A stretch of 33,276 nucleotides of DNA from Pseudomonadota bacterium. GTDB taxonomy: Bacteria; Myxococcota; JACRCW01; JAFGSX01. The notes under the pieces were generated by a model. The model was given only the letters and a program-made list of their open reading frames with translations. It made no database searches and was not told the origin of the DNA. Shown here piece by piece: positions 16,474 through 25,361 of the stretch; position 1 is the stretch's first letter; every line of letters begins with the position of its first letter. The position numbers and the translations under genes were made by a program. The stretch spans positions 1-33,276 of the forward strand of contig JBDRCO010000122.1 in the NCBI GenBank assembly GCA_043821645.1, read 5' to 3'.

Positions 16474-16593
16474 CTGTTGTATCCTCTCGAGTCGCTGGAA
16501 CGGCGGGCACCGTAGCGATGCCAGGATCGCGTGTCAAGGCAGCGGCCTGGCGGGTCTGGCCGATGTTTCCGTCGAGCACGAAGCGAGGACCCC

Positions 16594-17016
16594 GTGGAGC
16601 GCCGCCGCTATCCCATCCTGGAGTCGCTGTATCCACCGCGGGATCCAGCACCGGCCCTCCGTGCACGCGGTGAGCGCCAGGCCCTGGTGCGGCCCTCGGT
16701 CACCCCGCACCAGGAGTCGCGTACGCTCCCCGAGGGCGCGAGGGTCATGGCTCCCGGGGACCTGGTGGAGTTCATGGTCTACGGTGTCGACGACGAGGAT
16801 CAGACCCAGGAGGTACACCTGGCCTTTCGCGAGGAGGTGGTGCAGGGGGTTTACCTCAAGCTGCGCTTCGAGCCTGCCGGGGTACGGGCCATCTTCATCG
16901 TGCGCGACACGAACGGCAGGCGCTGGGCTGCGGCCTACGGCGAGCAGATCCTGGCCCGGCTGTCGCAGCGGGGTTTGCGCACCCAGCACGTCGACATCGA
17001 AGAGCAGGTGCCATGA
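16594..17016 (+). CDS. Small protein with FliK/YscP C-terminal (T3S4)-like domain
   Basis: GTG 16594 after GAGGA. EVHLAFREEVVQGVYLKLRFEPAGVRAIFIVRDTNGRRWAAAYGEQILARLSQRGLRTQHVDIE follows the FliK-C pattern. Stop overlaps the next start (ATGA). Confidence 0.6.
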   Translation: MERRRYPILESLYPPRDPAPALRARGERQALVRPSVTPHQESRTLPEGARVMAPGDLVEFMVYGVDDEDQTQEVHLAFREEVVQGVYLKLRFEPAGVRAIFIVRDTNGRRWAAAYGEQILARLSQRGLRTQHVDIEEQVP

Positions 17017-18044
17017 GCACCTCGCCCATCCTGCGCAAACTCGAGGCCCTGGACGCGGTCCTCGTCGGCACCCAGCACCTGCTGGTGGTGATGCAGAACT
17101 ATCCGGATCCGGACGCCCTGGCCGCGGCCGCGGCCCTGCGCGAGCTGGCGCGAAGCCGGGGCGTACACGGCGTCAGCGTGGCCAGCGGCGGCGAGCTCGG
17201 GCGCGCCGAGAACCGGGCCCTGGCGCGCTACCTCAGGCTCAACCTCGAGAACCTGGACCTGCTGGATCTGACGCGCTTCGACCGCCTGGCCATGGTCGAC
17301 ACCCAGCCGCGAACGGGCAACAACGCCCTCCCACCCGACGCCGTTCCCCACATCGTGCTCGATCACCACCCCCTGCGCCAGGCGACCAGGGCGGCGACCT
17401 TTTATGACGTGCGCCGCACCTATGGAGCCACCTGCACCCTGCTCTACGAGTACCTGACCGCAGCAAAGGTAGAGCTCCAGCCCATCCTGATCACGGGCCT
17501 GGTCTACGGCATACGCTCGGACACCCACGACCTGGGCCGCGACACCAGCCGCGCCGACATCGCCGCCCTGGTCGCGCTGTACCCGCGCGCCGACCACCGC
17601 GCCCTGGGCGCCATACAGGCGGCAAAGACCCCGCGCTCGTACTTTCACGCCATCGCCCGCGCCCTCGTCAGCGCGCGCGTGTACGGCGACACGATCCTCT
17701 CCTTCATGGGTGAGATCGAGACACCCGACATCGTGGGCGAGCTGGCCGATCTGCTCCTGCGCGACGAGAAAAGTGCCTGGACCCTGGTCTATGGCGTTTT
17801 CGACGACAGGCTGCTGCTGTCCCTGCGCACCTCCGAGCGCCAGCGGGACGCTGGTCAGATCATGCACCGCCTGGTCGATGGCCTGGGCACCGGCGGCGGT
17901 CACAATGCGATGGCCGGTGGCCAGATCCCCCTGCCCGAGGACTCACCAGCACGGCGCGCCCAGCTCGAAGCCGAGCTCAAGCGCCGGCTGCTCAGGGCGC
18001 TGCACATCCGCGATCGCAAGGGTGTGCCTCTCATCCAGACCTGA
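17013..18044 (+). CDS. DHH/DHHA1-family phosphoesterase
   Basis: NYPDPDA, MVDTQP, LDHHP, GATCT, GIRSDT, GGGHNAMAGGQI. Confidence 0.92.
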   Translation: MSTSPILRKLEALDAVLVGTQHLLVVMQNYPDPDALAAAAALRELARSRGVHGVSVASGGELGRAENRALARYLRLNLENLDLLDLTRFDRLAMVDTQPRTGNNALPPDAVPHIVLDHHPLRQATRAATFYDVRRTYGATCTLLYEYLTAAKVELQPILITGLVYGIRSDTHDLGRDTSRADIAALVALYPRADHRALGAIQAAKTPRSYFHAIARALVSARVYGDTILSFMGEIETPDIVGELADLLLRDEKSAWTLVYGVFDDRLLLSLRTSERQRDAGQIMHRLVDGLGTGGGHNAMAGGQIPLPEDSPARRAQLEAELKRRLLRALHIRDRKGVPLIQT

Positions 18045-18191
18045 GGGAGACGCGTTTCGGGTTCCCGCTTGCGCCGTTCCCCCGGACCCTGGCCCCGCGC
18101 TCCGATCCCGCGGAGACCTTTGCGGAACCCGCGCCTGCGCCAGGTGTCTGTGCCTGGGTAGGTATGAGTTGGATGCGTGCAGGAGGCAACC

Positions 18192-20336
18192 ATGCACCTG
18201 GTGGCGATCGTGTCTGTGCTGTCCGTGGTGTCGTCGGCGGGCCCCAGCTCCGAGATCTTGCCACTGCACAGGGTGCGACTATACGAGACCGGGGTCGGCT
18301 ACTTCGAGCGCGACGGTCAGGTCTCGGGCCAGCGCCGGACCTCGCTGCCCCTGCCGGCGAGTCACGTCGACGACGCGCTCAAAACCCTGGTGGTGCTCAG
18401 CAGCTCGAGCCACGTGACGATAGGTGGCATCGCTTTTTCGAGCCTGGTCAGCGAGGGCATGGCACGCGCCCTCGCCGGCCTGCCCCTCGACACCGAGAGC
18501 ACCCTGGGCTATCGCGATCTGCTCGAAAGCCTCGAGGGCGTCGAGGTCGAGGTGCAGACACAGCGCGAACGCTTTGTGGGACAACTGGTCGAGGTGCTTG
18601 GCCCCTTCACACCCCTGGCTGCATTGTCCTCGGATCCCGAGGCCACCGTGCCCGGCTGCCGGCTGCTGGATGAGAGGACCGGAGCAGCTGACGAGACAGG
18701 AGCGGAATCTGCGGATTGCGTGCTGGAGGCCGAGTACACGCTGGTGGTGCGCAGCGCGCGCGGTGCGATCCGCCGTGTCAGGACGCGCGATCTCCAGGCC
18801 ATCCGCCCCACCGAGGCCGCCTCCAATGCCAGGATCGAGGTGGCCCTGGCCGCCCTGTCCGGCCGCGCAGCGCAGAGCGAACGCCCGCTCAAGGTGCAGA
18901 TCGAGGGCGCGGGTCCGCTCAAGCTTGGCTACATCGCCGAGACACCGGTATGGCGCACCACCTACCGCGCCGTGCTCGCCGCCACCGGAGGCAAGGCCAC
19001 CTTGCAGGCCTGGGCCCTGTTGCACAACGACACCGACGAGAACTGGCGCGATGTGAGCGTGGAGCTGGCCAACGGGCGCCCCACCTCTTTCCTTTTCCCC
19101 CTCGCCGCACCCCGCTATGCCCGGCGAGAGCTGGCCGAACCCGAGCTCGAACTCTCCACTGTGCCACAGCTGCTCAACACCACGGCCGACAGGCTGTGGG
19201 GCGACTTTGTCGACGGTGGGACAGGCTCGATCGCGCTTGGTGGGCGCGGGCACGGCGCCATGGGCATGGGCATGGGCTACGGTTCTGCCGGCGGCGGCGT
19301 GGCGACTCGCGTCGAGGGCAGCGTCGCGAGCAACCTGGCCCTCGGGGACCTGGCGCGCTTTGCCCAGGCCACCGGTGAGGAGAATGGGTCCCTGTTCGTC
19401 TACAAGCTCAGCACGCCGCTCGACCTCGACGCGCATCATTCGGCGCTGGTACCCGTGGTGCAGCGACAGGTCGAGGCCGAAGCCATCACCTGGTTCCTGC
19501 CGGACGAGGTGCAGGCCATGACGGCCGCCCGTCTGGTCAACACCACGAATCAGACCCTGCCCGCCGGTACCATCGCATTCTTCGACAGCGAGGGCTTCCT
19601 GGGAGAATCCGGTTTCGATCGCCTCAAGCCGGCAGAGCAGACCTTCGCGGTGTTCGGGGTGGAGCTCGATGTGGATCTGGAGCGGCACAAGAAGCGCGAG
19701 AGGGAACAGCTGAGTGCCGTCGAGTTCCGGGGTGAAGCGCTGGTCGAACAGCTGGTGGCACACAGCAACGTCGAGATCCACCTGCGCAACCGCAGCGGGA
19801 GCCCTCGAATCGTCTACGTGGGACTCCCGGTCGCGCGCAATGCGACCCTGCAAGGTCACGACCGCCTCGACTTCGACCACCTGCGCAAGGTGGCCCTGGC
19901 CAGGTTCGAGCTGCCAGCCCGCAAGGAACTGAGCGCGACCCTCCAGGTGCAGGAAGCCGAGGCGAGGGCCACCGGAATCGGCCAACTGAGTGCCCGGCGC
20001 CTGGGCGAGCTCGCCTCCCTGAAACAACTGCCGGCCGCCCACCGCGAGCTGCTGACCAGGGCCGCCGAGCTGAGGCGCCAGCTCGACTCCGTGCGCGTCG
20101 CCCAGAACGAGCGCAGCGCCCGCACGACGACGCTCCAGGGAGAGCTGGAGCGTCTGCGCGAGGACCTCCGCGCGCTCGGGAGCGCCAAGGTCAGCGACGA
20201 GTCCACCCGCCACCTGAGCCGGCGCATGGTGGAGCGCGAGGAGGAGATGGATGCGCTGACCCGGGCCGAAGCCCAGGGCCAGCGCGAGGACACCAGGCTG
20301 ACGACCTCGCTGCGGGGTCTGCTCAGCAGGCTATAG
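18192..20336 (+). CDS. DUF4139-domain secreted protein with C-terminal coiled coil
   Basis: AGGAGG RBS then ATG 18192, signal peptide, RVRLYETGVGYFER, GYIAETPVWRTTYR, QAWALLHNDTDENWRDVSVELANGRP, RLVNTTNQTLPAG. Confidence 0.85.
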   Translation: MHLVAIVSVLSVVSSAGPSSEILPLHRVRLYETGVGYFERDGQVSGQRRTSLPLPASHVDDALKTLVVLSSSSHVTIGGIAFSSLVSEGMARALAGLPLDTESTLGYRDLLESLEGVEVEVQTQRERFVGQLVEVLGPFTPLAALSSDPEATVPGCRLLDERTGAADETGAESADCVLEAEYTLVVRSARGAIRRVRTRDLQAIRPTEAASNARIEVALAALSGRAAQSERPLKVQIEGAGPLKLGYIAETPVWRTTYRAVLAATGGKATLQAWALLHNDTDENWRDVSVELANGRPTSFLFPLAAPRYARRELAEPELELSTVPQLLNTTADRLWGDFVDGGTGSIALGGRGHGAMGMGMGYGSAGGGVATRVEGSVASNLALGDLARFAQATGEENGSLFVYKLSTPLDLDAHHSALVPVVQRQVEAEAITWFLPDEVQAMTAARLVNTTNQTLPAGTIAFFDSEGFLGESGFDRLKPAEQTFAVFGVELDVDLERHKKREREQLSAVEFRGEALVEQLVAHSNVEIHLRNRSGSPRIVYVGLPVARNATLQGHDRLDFDHLRKVALARFELPARKELSATLQVQEAEARATGIGQLSARRLGELASLKQLPAAHRELLTRAAELRRQLDSVRVAQNERSARTTTLQGELERLREDLRALGSAKVSDESTRHLSRRMVEREEEMDALTRAEAQGQREDTRLTTSLRGLLSRL

Positions 20337-20347
20337 CGCAGCCGGGA

Positions 20348-21679
20348 CTAACGCTTCTTCGGCCGGCGCTTCACGGGAGCTTCGGGCCCTATGCTGGGCT
20401 GGTGGGGTCTGGCCGAGCGGTAGATCATCTTGTGGAAGCTCTGCGGCACCGCGCGCAAGAGCACCTCCCGGATGGCCTGGTCGCGCGCGGGCTGAAAGGG
20501 ATACAGGTCGTAGGCCACCAGCATCTCGTCGGCAAAGGCGGTCAAGGCAAAGGTCCCGCCCGAACCCAGGGCTGCGGCATAGCTCAGGGTGCGCTCGTCG
20601 CGGTGGCGAGTCTCGACGATGACCTCGATCAGGCTGTGCTGCTTGAGCGTGTCGATGGCGCCGTCGACGCCGTCGAGAGAGAAGCGCGCCGGGTCAAAGC
20701 CGCGCAGGTCGCAGGCCTGGTGGTGACGCACGTCGAGCTCGCTCGAGGTCAGGTCCAGGGGCGCGGCCTGGTCCAGGGCGTACACCGGTCTCGTCTCGCG
20801 GACCTTCTCGATCTCGATCAGGTCCGAGCGGTAGTAGTTCTCCCAGAAACCTTCCTCGTAATAGTGATTGAAGTCGTGGTGACGTGCCCGCACCGCAAAG
20901 CGCATGTCGCGCTGCACGGCCTCGAAGATCTCCACCGCGTAGGCGTGCATGGCGCACAGACAGGTGCCACCGGTCTTCAGCAGCGCCAGCCCGCGCGACA
21001 GGAACAGGTCAAAGCACTCGCGCGTCGACATGGGGTCGGACACCACGGCGTCGAACCGGGGCTTGCGCCGGGGCTGGGGCTGGGTCAGATCGACCTTCTC
21101 GACCTGGATGTCGAGCTTCCACTCTCGAGCCAGCCCACGCAAAAAGGGGATCAGCACCGCCTCGTCGATGTCGTAGACCGTGACACGGTGCCCGAGCAGG
21201 GCCAGGGGCACGCTCAGGAGATCGTCGTCACCTATGCACAGCACCTCGAGCGGACGCGAACCCAGCAGCAGTGCACGCCGTACCGCGGTCTCGGGCATCA
21301 CCGGGGTCTGGCCGTAGGCCTGCACGAAGATCTTGCGCCGCGCGTGGGCGCGCAGGGTCGGACCATAGACACGCTGGAAACGCTGACCCTCACGCCCGCC
21401 AGGACGCTGCCAGGCCCACTTGGCGGCCATGGCGTCGAGCCTTTGCTCGAGCACCGGGTCATCACCCGAGGGCTTGTCGGCCAGGAAGCCCAGGCGTCGC
21501 AGGGGCGCCAGCCTGGGGTCGTCGACCTGCGCGGGGTCGAGGCCAAACATCAGTGGCACCAGGATGTCGCGGTCGGCGGGCGAAATCTCGGCCTTGCCAA
21601 AAGACTGCACCGAGGCGGCCACGCTGTCCTTGCCATGAAGGTCGAGATTGACGTGGACACCGTCGGCGTAGGTGAGCAT
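20348..21679 (-). CDS. BpsA-like (branched-chain polyamine synthase, DUF43) aminopropyltransferase fused to a degenerate AdoMetDC-like domain
   Basis: YGQTPVMPETAVRRA, VLCIGDDDLLSVPLAL, VTVYDIDE, FDAVVSDP, LFLSRGLALLK, YRSDLI match the BpsA motif order. C-terminal HHQACDLRGFDP...VAYDLYP resembles the SpeD/SpeH fold. Start moved to ATG 21679. Confidence 0.75.
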   Translation of the reverse strand: MLTYADGVHVNLDLHGKDSVAASVQSFGKAEISPADRDILVPLMFGLDPAQVDDPRLAPLRRLGFLADKPSGDDPVLEQRLDAMAAKWAWQRPGGREGQRFQRVYGPTLRAHARRKIFVQAYGQTPVMPETAVRRALLLGSRPLEVLCIGDDDLLSVPLALLGHRVTVYDIDEAVLIPFLRGLAREWKLDIQVEKVDLTQPQPRRKPRFDAVVSDPMSTRECFDLFLSRGLALLKTGGTCLCAMHAYAVEIFEAVQRDMRFAVRARHHDFNHYYEEGFWENYYRSDLIEIEKVRETRPVYALDQAAPLDLTSSELDVRHHQACDLRGFDPARFSLDGVDGAIDTLKQHSLIEVIVETRHRDERTLSYAAALGSGGTFALTAFADEMLVAYDLYPFQPARDQAIREVLLRAVPQSFHKMIYRSARPHQPSIGPEAPVKRRPKKR

Positions 21680-21725
21680 GGCGGTCTCTCGCTCGACGCC
21701 GGGGCACCCGCTCGAACCAGGCACG

Positions 21726-22379
21726 CTAGCGTCGACGGAACAGGTTGAACTCCTGGCTCAGGTCCTCGGCCAGGCGATCGAAGGCCGAGGGGCCGAACAG
21801 GTACTGGTATTCCTCGCCGTGCGCCCGTGCCCAGGCTTGCAGGTAGCGCTTGAGCTCCACCGTCTCGGGGCGGACCTCGTCGTCGACCACCACCTCGGCT
21901 TGCTCGACCTCGGGATCCGGCGGAGGTGGCAGCTCGAGCGACCAGCCCGGCTCCTCCTCGCCCTCGATGCGGTTCATCTTGCACCAGTCGAGGATGAACT
22001 GGTGCACCAGCACATCGCGGAAGGCGAACCAACGCTTGCGCTCCTCGACATGCTGGGCGATGCAGTCCTTGAAGCGCCGGAACGCACCCTTGCCGACGAT
22101 GGCATCGCTGAGGCGCTCGGCCAGTGCCGGGTAGGTCACGGTCGCGATGAAGCGCTCCATGATGCGGTACTGCTCGCGGCTCGGCACCGGTTCGACGAAC
22201 AGGAAGCGCTCGGGGTTCTCGCGAACCTCGACGCCACGCGCGGTATCTGCCTCACCCCCGACGAGGCTGAGCAGTTCGCCGCTGTGCCTGTCCAGATAGG
22301 AGCGCACCTCGGGAGAGTGGTTCTCGAAGGCCGCCTCGAGGGCGCTCCAGTCGACCGCTATCTTGCTCACATCACTCAC
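21726..22379 (-). CDS. UPF0158-family protein
   Basis: GTG with GAGGA RBS; VDWSALEAAFE, YLDRHSGE, SREQYRIMERFI, LSDAIVGKGAFRRFKD, RWFAFR. Confidence 0.9.
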   Translation of the reverse strand: MSDVSKIAVDWSALEAAFENHSPEVRSYLDRHSGELLSLVGGEADTARGVEVRENPERFLFVEPVPSREQYRIMERFIATVTYPALAERLSDAIVGKGAFRRFKDCIAQHVEERKRWFAFRDVLVHQFILDWCKMNRIEGEEEPGWSLELPPPPDPEVEQAEVVVDDEVRPETVELKRYLQAWARAHGEEYQYLFGPSAFDRLAEDLSQEFNLFRRR

Positions 22380-22565
22380 GCAGCGTCCTCGCGTTCGGTC
22401 TGAACAGATCGAGATATCACGCCCATCCAAGTCCCCGCAATGATCGGGCAGCCACACCCCCGCCCTGGCCGATGCACTATACTGGGACCGGCACATCCAT
22501 GCTCGTGAGCCCACGACGGTGCCGGGACATAGCAGGACCCGGCTCGGGCTCGACAGGAGAGGTTC

Positions 22566-25331
22566 ATGAAGCGACCTGTCGCCACCAGGAGTGGAGTCCG
22601 GCTGCTGGTGCCTGTGCTTCTCGTGTTCACCGCGGCCTGTCCGGAGTGTGCGCCGGGCACGAGTACCCTGCGCTTCGACTGCAAGACCAGCACAGAGTGC
22701 ACCGTGGGTTTCGAGTGCGTGGCGGGCGAGTGCGTGCGCGAGGGCGCGCGGATCGACGCGGCCTTTATCGACGCGGAAGCCGCGGACGCGCCCGGCACGG
22801 ACCACATGGCCACGGACCGGACCTCGGCGGATCTGTCCGCTGCAGACGCACAGGCCGCCGACACCCAGGCCGACGCTGGCGCCCAGGACGTCGCTGGGAT
22901 GGACGCCCCCGGACTTGACGGCGCGGCCTCGGATTCGATGGTCGTTGATTCCACTTTCGACGCGGCCTTGATGGACGCCGCAAGATCCGACACGGCCCTC
23001 AACGATGCCACGCTCGACGACGCAGCGGGCATCGACGCGGCCACCGGCGACGCCGGGACCTGTGCCCCCGATGCCGGCAGCAGCCCGTGGACCCTGACCC
23101 CCGCCATGTCCAGGCGTGCCAGCGGAGGCCCCTTTGCCGTCGCCACCGGTATCCAGGGCGCGGTGCGTGCGGATATCTGCACGCGGGGCGACGCCATCGC
23201 CGTGGCCCGGGGCAGCTACCTGGGCCGGTCCTTCTACCAGCACTTTGACCCCACCCAGGGCAGCCTGGTGGTCTGGATCAGTCCGGAGTGGGACGCCACC
23301 GACCTGCAGGGCGAAGACCGCACCCTGCTGGCTGCAGGCGACTTCGAGTTCGGAGTGGACGCCGCCACCCTCGGTGCCTTCCTGCGGCTGGGCAACAATC
23401 GTCACGTGATGCCCGGCGCCTTCGATACCTGGCTGGCCGGGGACACGCACTTCGTGGTGCTGCGCTGGGACGCCCAGCACGACATCGGTGCGGGCCGGGT
23501 GTCCCTCGTCGTCGACGACCACGCCCCCTACGAGATCGCGACCAGCATCGTGGTGACCGAAGTGGCGGACCCCATCATCCTCGGCGCCGCGGACCTCGAG
23601 GGACGTGGCTCCCTGGGGGCCCTGCTCGAGGGTCTCACGATCTACCGACGCGTGCTGGCGGACTCGGCGGGCGGTGTGAGCCTGGGTCATGACGACGAGG
23701 TGGGGGAGATCTACGCTGCCGGTCCGGGCACCGAACCCACCCTGATCACCGGCTCCTGGGATGTCGTGCTGGCCCTGCCCGGCGACGCCGAGGAAGGCCT
23801 GCTGCCCGCCACCGGCCAGGCCTTCAGCCACCCGCACAGCGCCAACATGCTGGGAATGCCGGGCTACTTGCTCGCGCCAGCGGCCCGGCAGGCCTGGGAA
23901 CTGGTGCAGGCGGGCTCGAACAATGTCTCCCTGTCCGGAGCCCAGCCGCAGCAGTGGATCTACGGTGCCGCGAGCCAGCTGACGACGACGGAGGCTGGCG
24001 CCGGCATGCGCCTCTCTGCGAGCACCGGGGGCGCGACCTCGCTGGTACTGCGCGCCATCGTGCACTCGGACGGGACAGCCATCCCCGCCCTCATCCTGCA
24101 GAATGCGTCGGGCAACGACATCACCGCGCTCACGGGCAGCGCCGCGACCAGCCGCGACCACCCCGACGTCCTGATCCTCACCGCCGAGATACCGGCCAGC
24201 CCGGCCCTCGTGCACGTCATGCTGGTCAATCGCGTCTCGACCAACAGCTCGATCTTCGTGCACCAGGTCGAGGTACTGCCCAACTTGCTCGCCAACCCCT
24301 CGTTCGAGACGGGGAGCGACGTCGACCCGACGTGGCAACCCGACGACTGGCTCAACCACTCCACGAGCGCGCTGAGGACCTACAAGGAACAGTCGACCGT
24401 GCACTCGGGCGCCACGGCCGTCGCCATAGAGGGCATCGGGACCGGCGGCTACCACGACATCCGCACCCTAACCAGCGTGCCAGGGCTCAACCAGCTCAGG
24501 CACTTCTTCGGCACCGGCGCCATGTTCTGGTCGAGCTCGGGCGCGGCGCCGGGCATCCGGCCGGACAACGGCTGCTTGATGCAGCTCGCAGCCCCTGTGG
24601 GCAAGTTCGACGTTCGAGGGAGACCGGTCACCGGCACCTGGCAGCACGTCGCGGGCGTGGGCCGACGCCACGACGTCTACACCGACGGCGGTGTCAACTG
24701 CCAGAACGACATGCTGCGCTTTGGCGGTCAGTGGGGCGCAGCCCTCCAGGCCATCATCGACGATGCCTACCTGATCCACCTCGAGCAGGTCGACCTCACG
24801 CCTCTGCCCGCAGATCTCTCGCGATCCCTCGAGCAGGGCTACGTGCGCCACGACGGCGAGGACTCCCTGGCGCAACCCATCACCGATCTCACCGCCAACA
24901 GTGGCCGTATCGATCTGGCTCTCGGACTCAACCACCCGGTGAGCCTGCGCGACACCTTCTGTCCCTACGACGCGGTCCTGTGGCAGGCCTGGAACGACGC
25001 CAGCAACAACATCACCCTGCGCTTCAACTGGGACCAGAGCTCGAGCCGCGTGGGCATACGCGTCGACGCCTATTTCGACAGTCAGCACTTCGACTACGTG
25101 GTGCTGGGCTTGCCCATCGACGGCATGGCCACGCACGTGGTGAGTTTCAGCTACCAGACCGGCGGCCGCCTGCAGCTCCTCCTCGATGGCGATCCGGAGC
25201 TCGACCAGCCCATGGGGAGCATGGCATTCGGCAGAATCCCCGAGACCCTGTATGTGGGCCATGACCACCTGGGCGATGGGCTCTGCGACCTGCGCGTCGA
25301 CGTCAACGGCGCCAGCTTCAGCACACCCTGA
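22566..25331 (+). CDS. Large surface lipoprotein-like protein with Cys-rich module, Asp/Ala linker, LamG-like and CBM4/9-like domains
   Basis: RBS AGGAGAGG; FTAAC; CKTSTECTVGFECVAGEC; DA repeats; LamG-like QGSLVVWISPEW..HFVVLRWD..LVVDD..LTIYRRVL; CBM-like NLLANPSFE..VHSGATA..WQHV..IDDAYL. Confidence 0.8.
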   Translation: MKRPVATRSGVRLLVPVLLVFTAACPECAPGTSTLRFDCKTSTECTVGFECVAGECVREGARIDAAFIDAEAADAPGTDHMATDRTSADLSAADAQAADTQADAGAQDVAGMDAPGLDGAASDSMVVDSTFDAALMDAARSDTALNDATLDDAAGIDAATGDAGTCAPDAGSSPWTLTPAMSRRASGGPFAVATGIQGAVRADICTRGDAIAVARGSYLGRSFYQHFDPTQGSLVVWISPEWDATDLQGEDRTLLAAGDFEFGVDAATLGAFLRLGNNRHVMPGAFDTWLAGDTHFVVLRWDAQHDIGAGRVSLVVDDHAPYEIATSIVVTEVADPIILGAADLEGRGSLGALLEGLTIYRRVLADSAGGVSLGHDDEVGEIYAAGPGTEPTLITGSWDVVLALPGDAEEGLLPATGQAFSHPHSANMLGMPGYLLAPAARQAWELVQAGSNNVSLSGAQPQQWIYGAASQLTTTEAGAGMRLSASTGGATSLVLRAIVHSDGTAIPALILQNASGNDITALTGSAATSRDHPDVLILTAEIPASPALVHVMLVNRVSTNSSIFVHQVEVLPNLLANPSFETGSDVDPTWQPDDWLNHSTSALRTYKEQSTVHSGATAVAIEGIGTGGYHDIRTLTSVPGLNQLRHFFGTGAMFWSSSGAAPGIRPDNGCLMQLAAPVGKFDVRGRPVTGTWQHVAGVGRRHDVYTDGGVNCQNDMLRFGGQWGAALQAIIDDAYLIHLEQVDLTPLPADLSRSLEQGYVRHDGEDSLAQPITDLTANSGRIDLALGLNHPVSLRDTFCPYDAVLWQAWNDASNNITLRFNWDQSSSRVGIRVDAYFDSQHFDYVVLGLPIDGMATHVVSFSYQTGGRLQLLLDGDPELDQPMGSMAFGRIPETLYVGHDHLGDGLCDLRVDVNGASFSTP

Positions 25332-25361
25332 ACGCTACCGGCATCCCCGTATCCCCTAAAC

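Noticed and set aside
14671-20213. Long antisense ORFs 14671..16515, 16935..17903, 18279..20213 (also 26893..28776, 20402..21748)
   Set aside because: Codon-register mirrors of motif-bearing genes on the opposite strand, a usual artefact of stop-codon scarcity at high GC.
21726-24455. 909-aa minus-strand ORF
   Set aside because: Only the last 217 aa (UPF0158) look real; the rest is the antisense shadow of 22566..25331.
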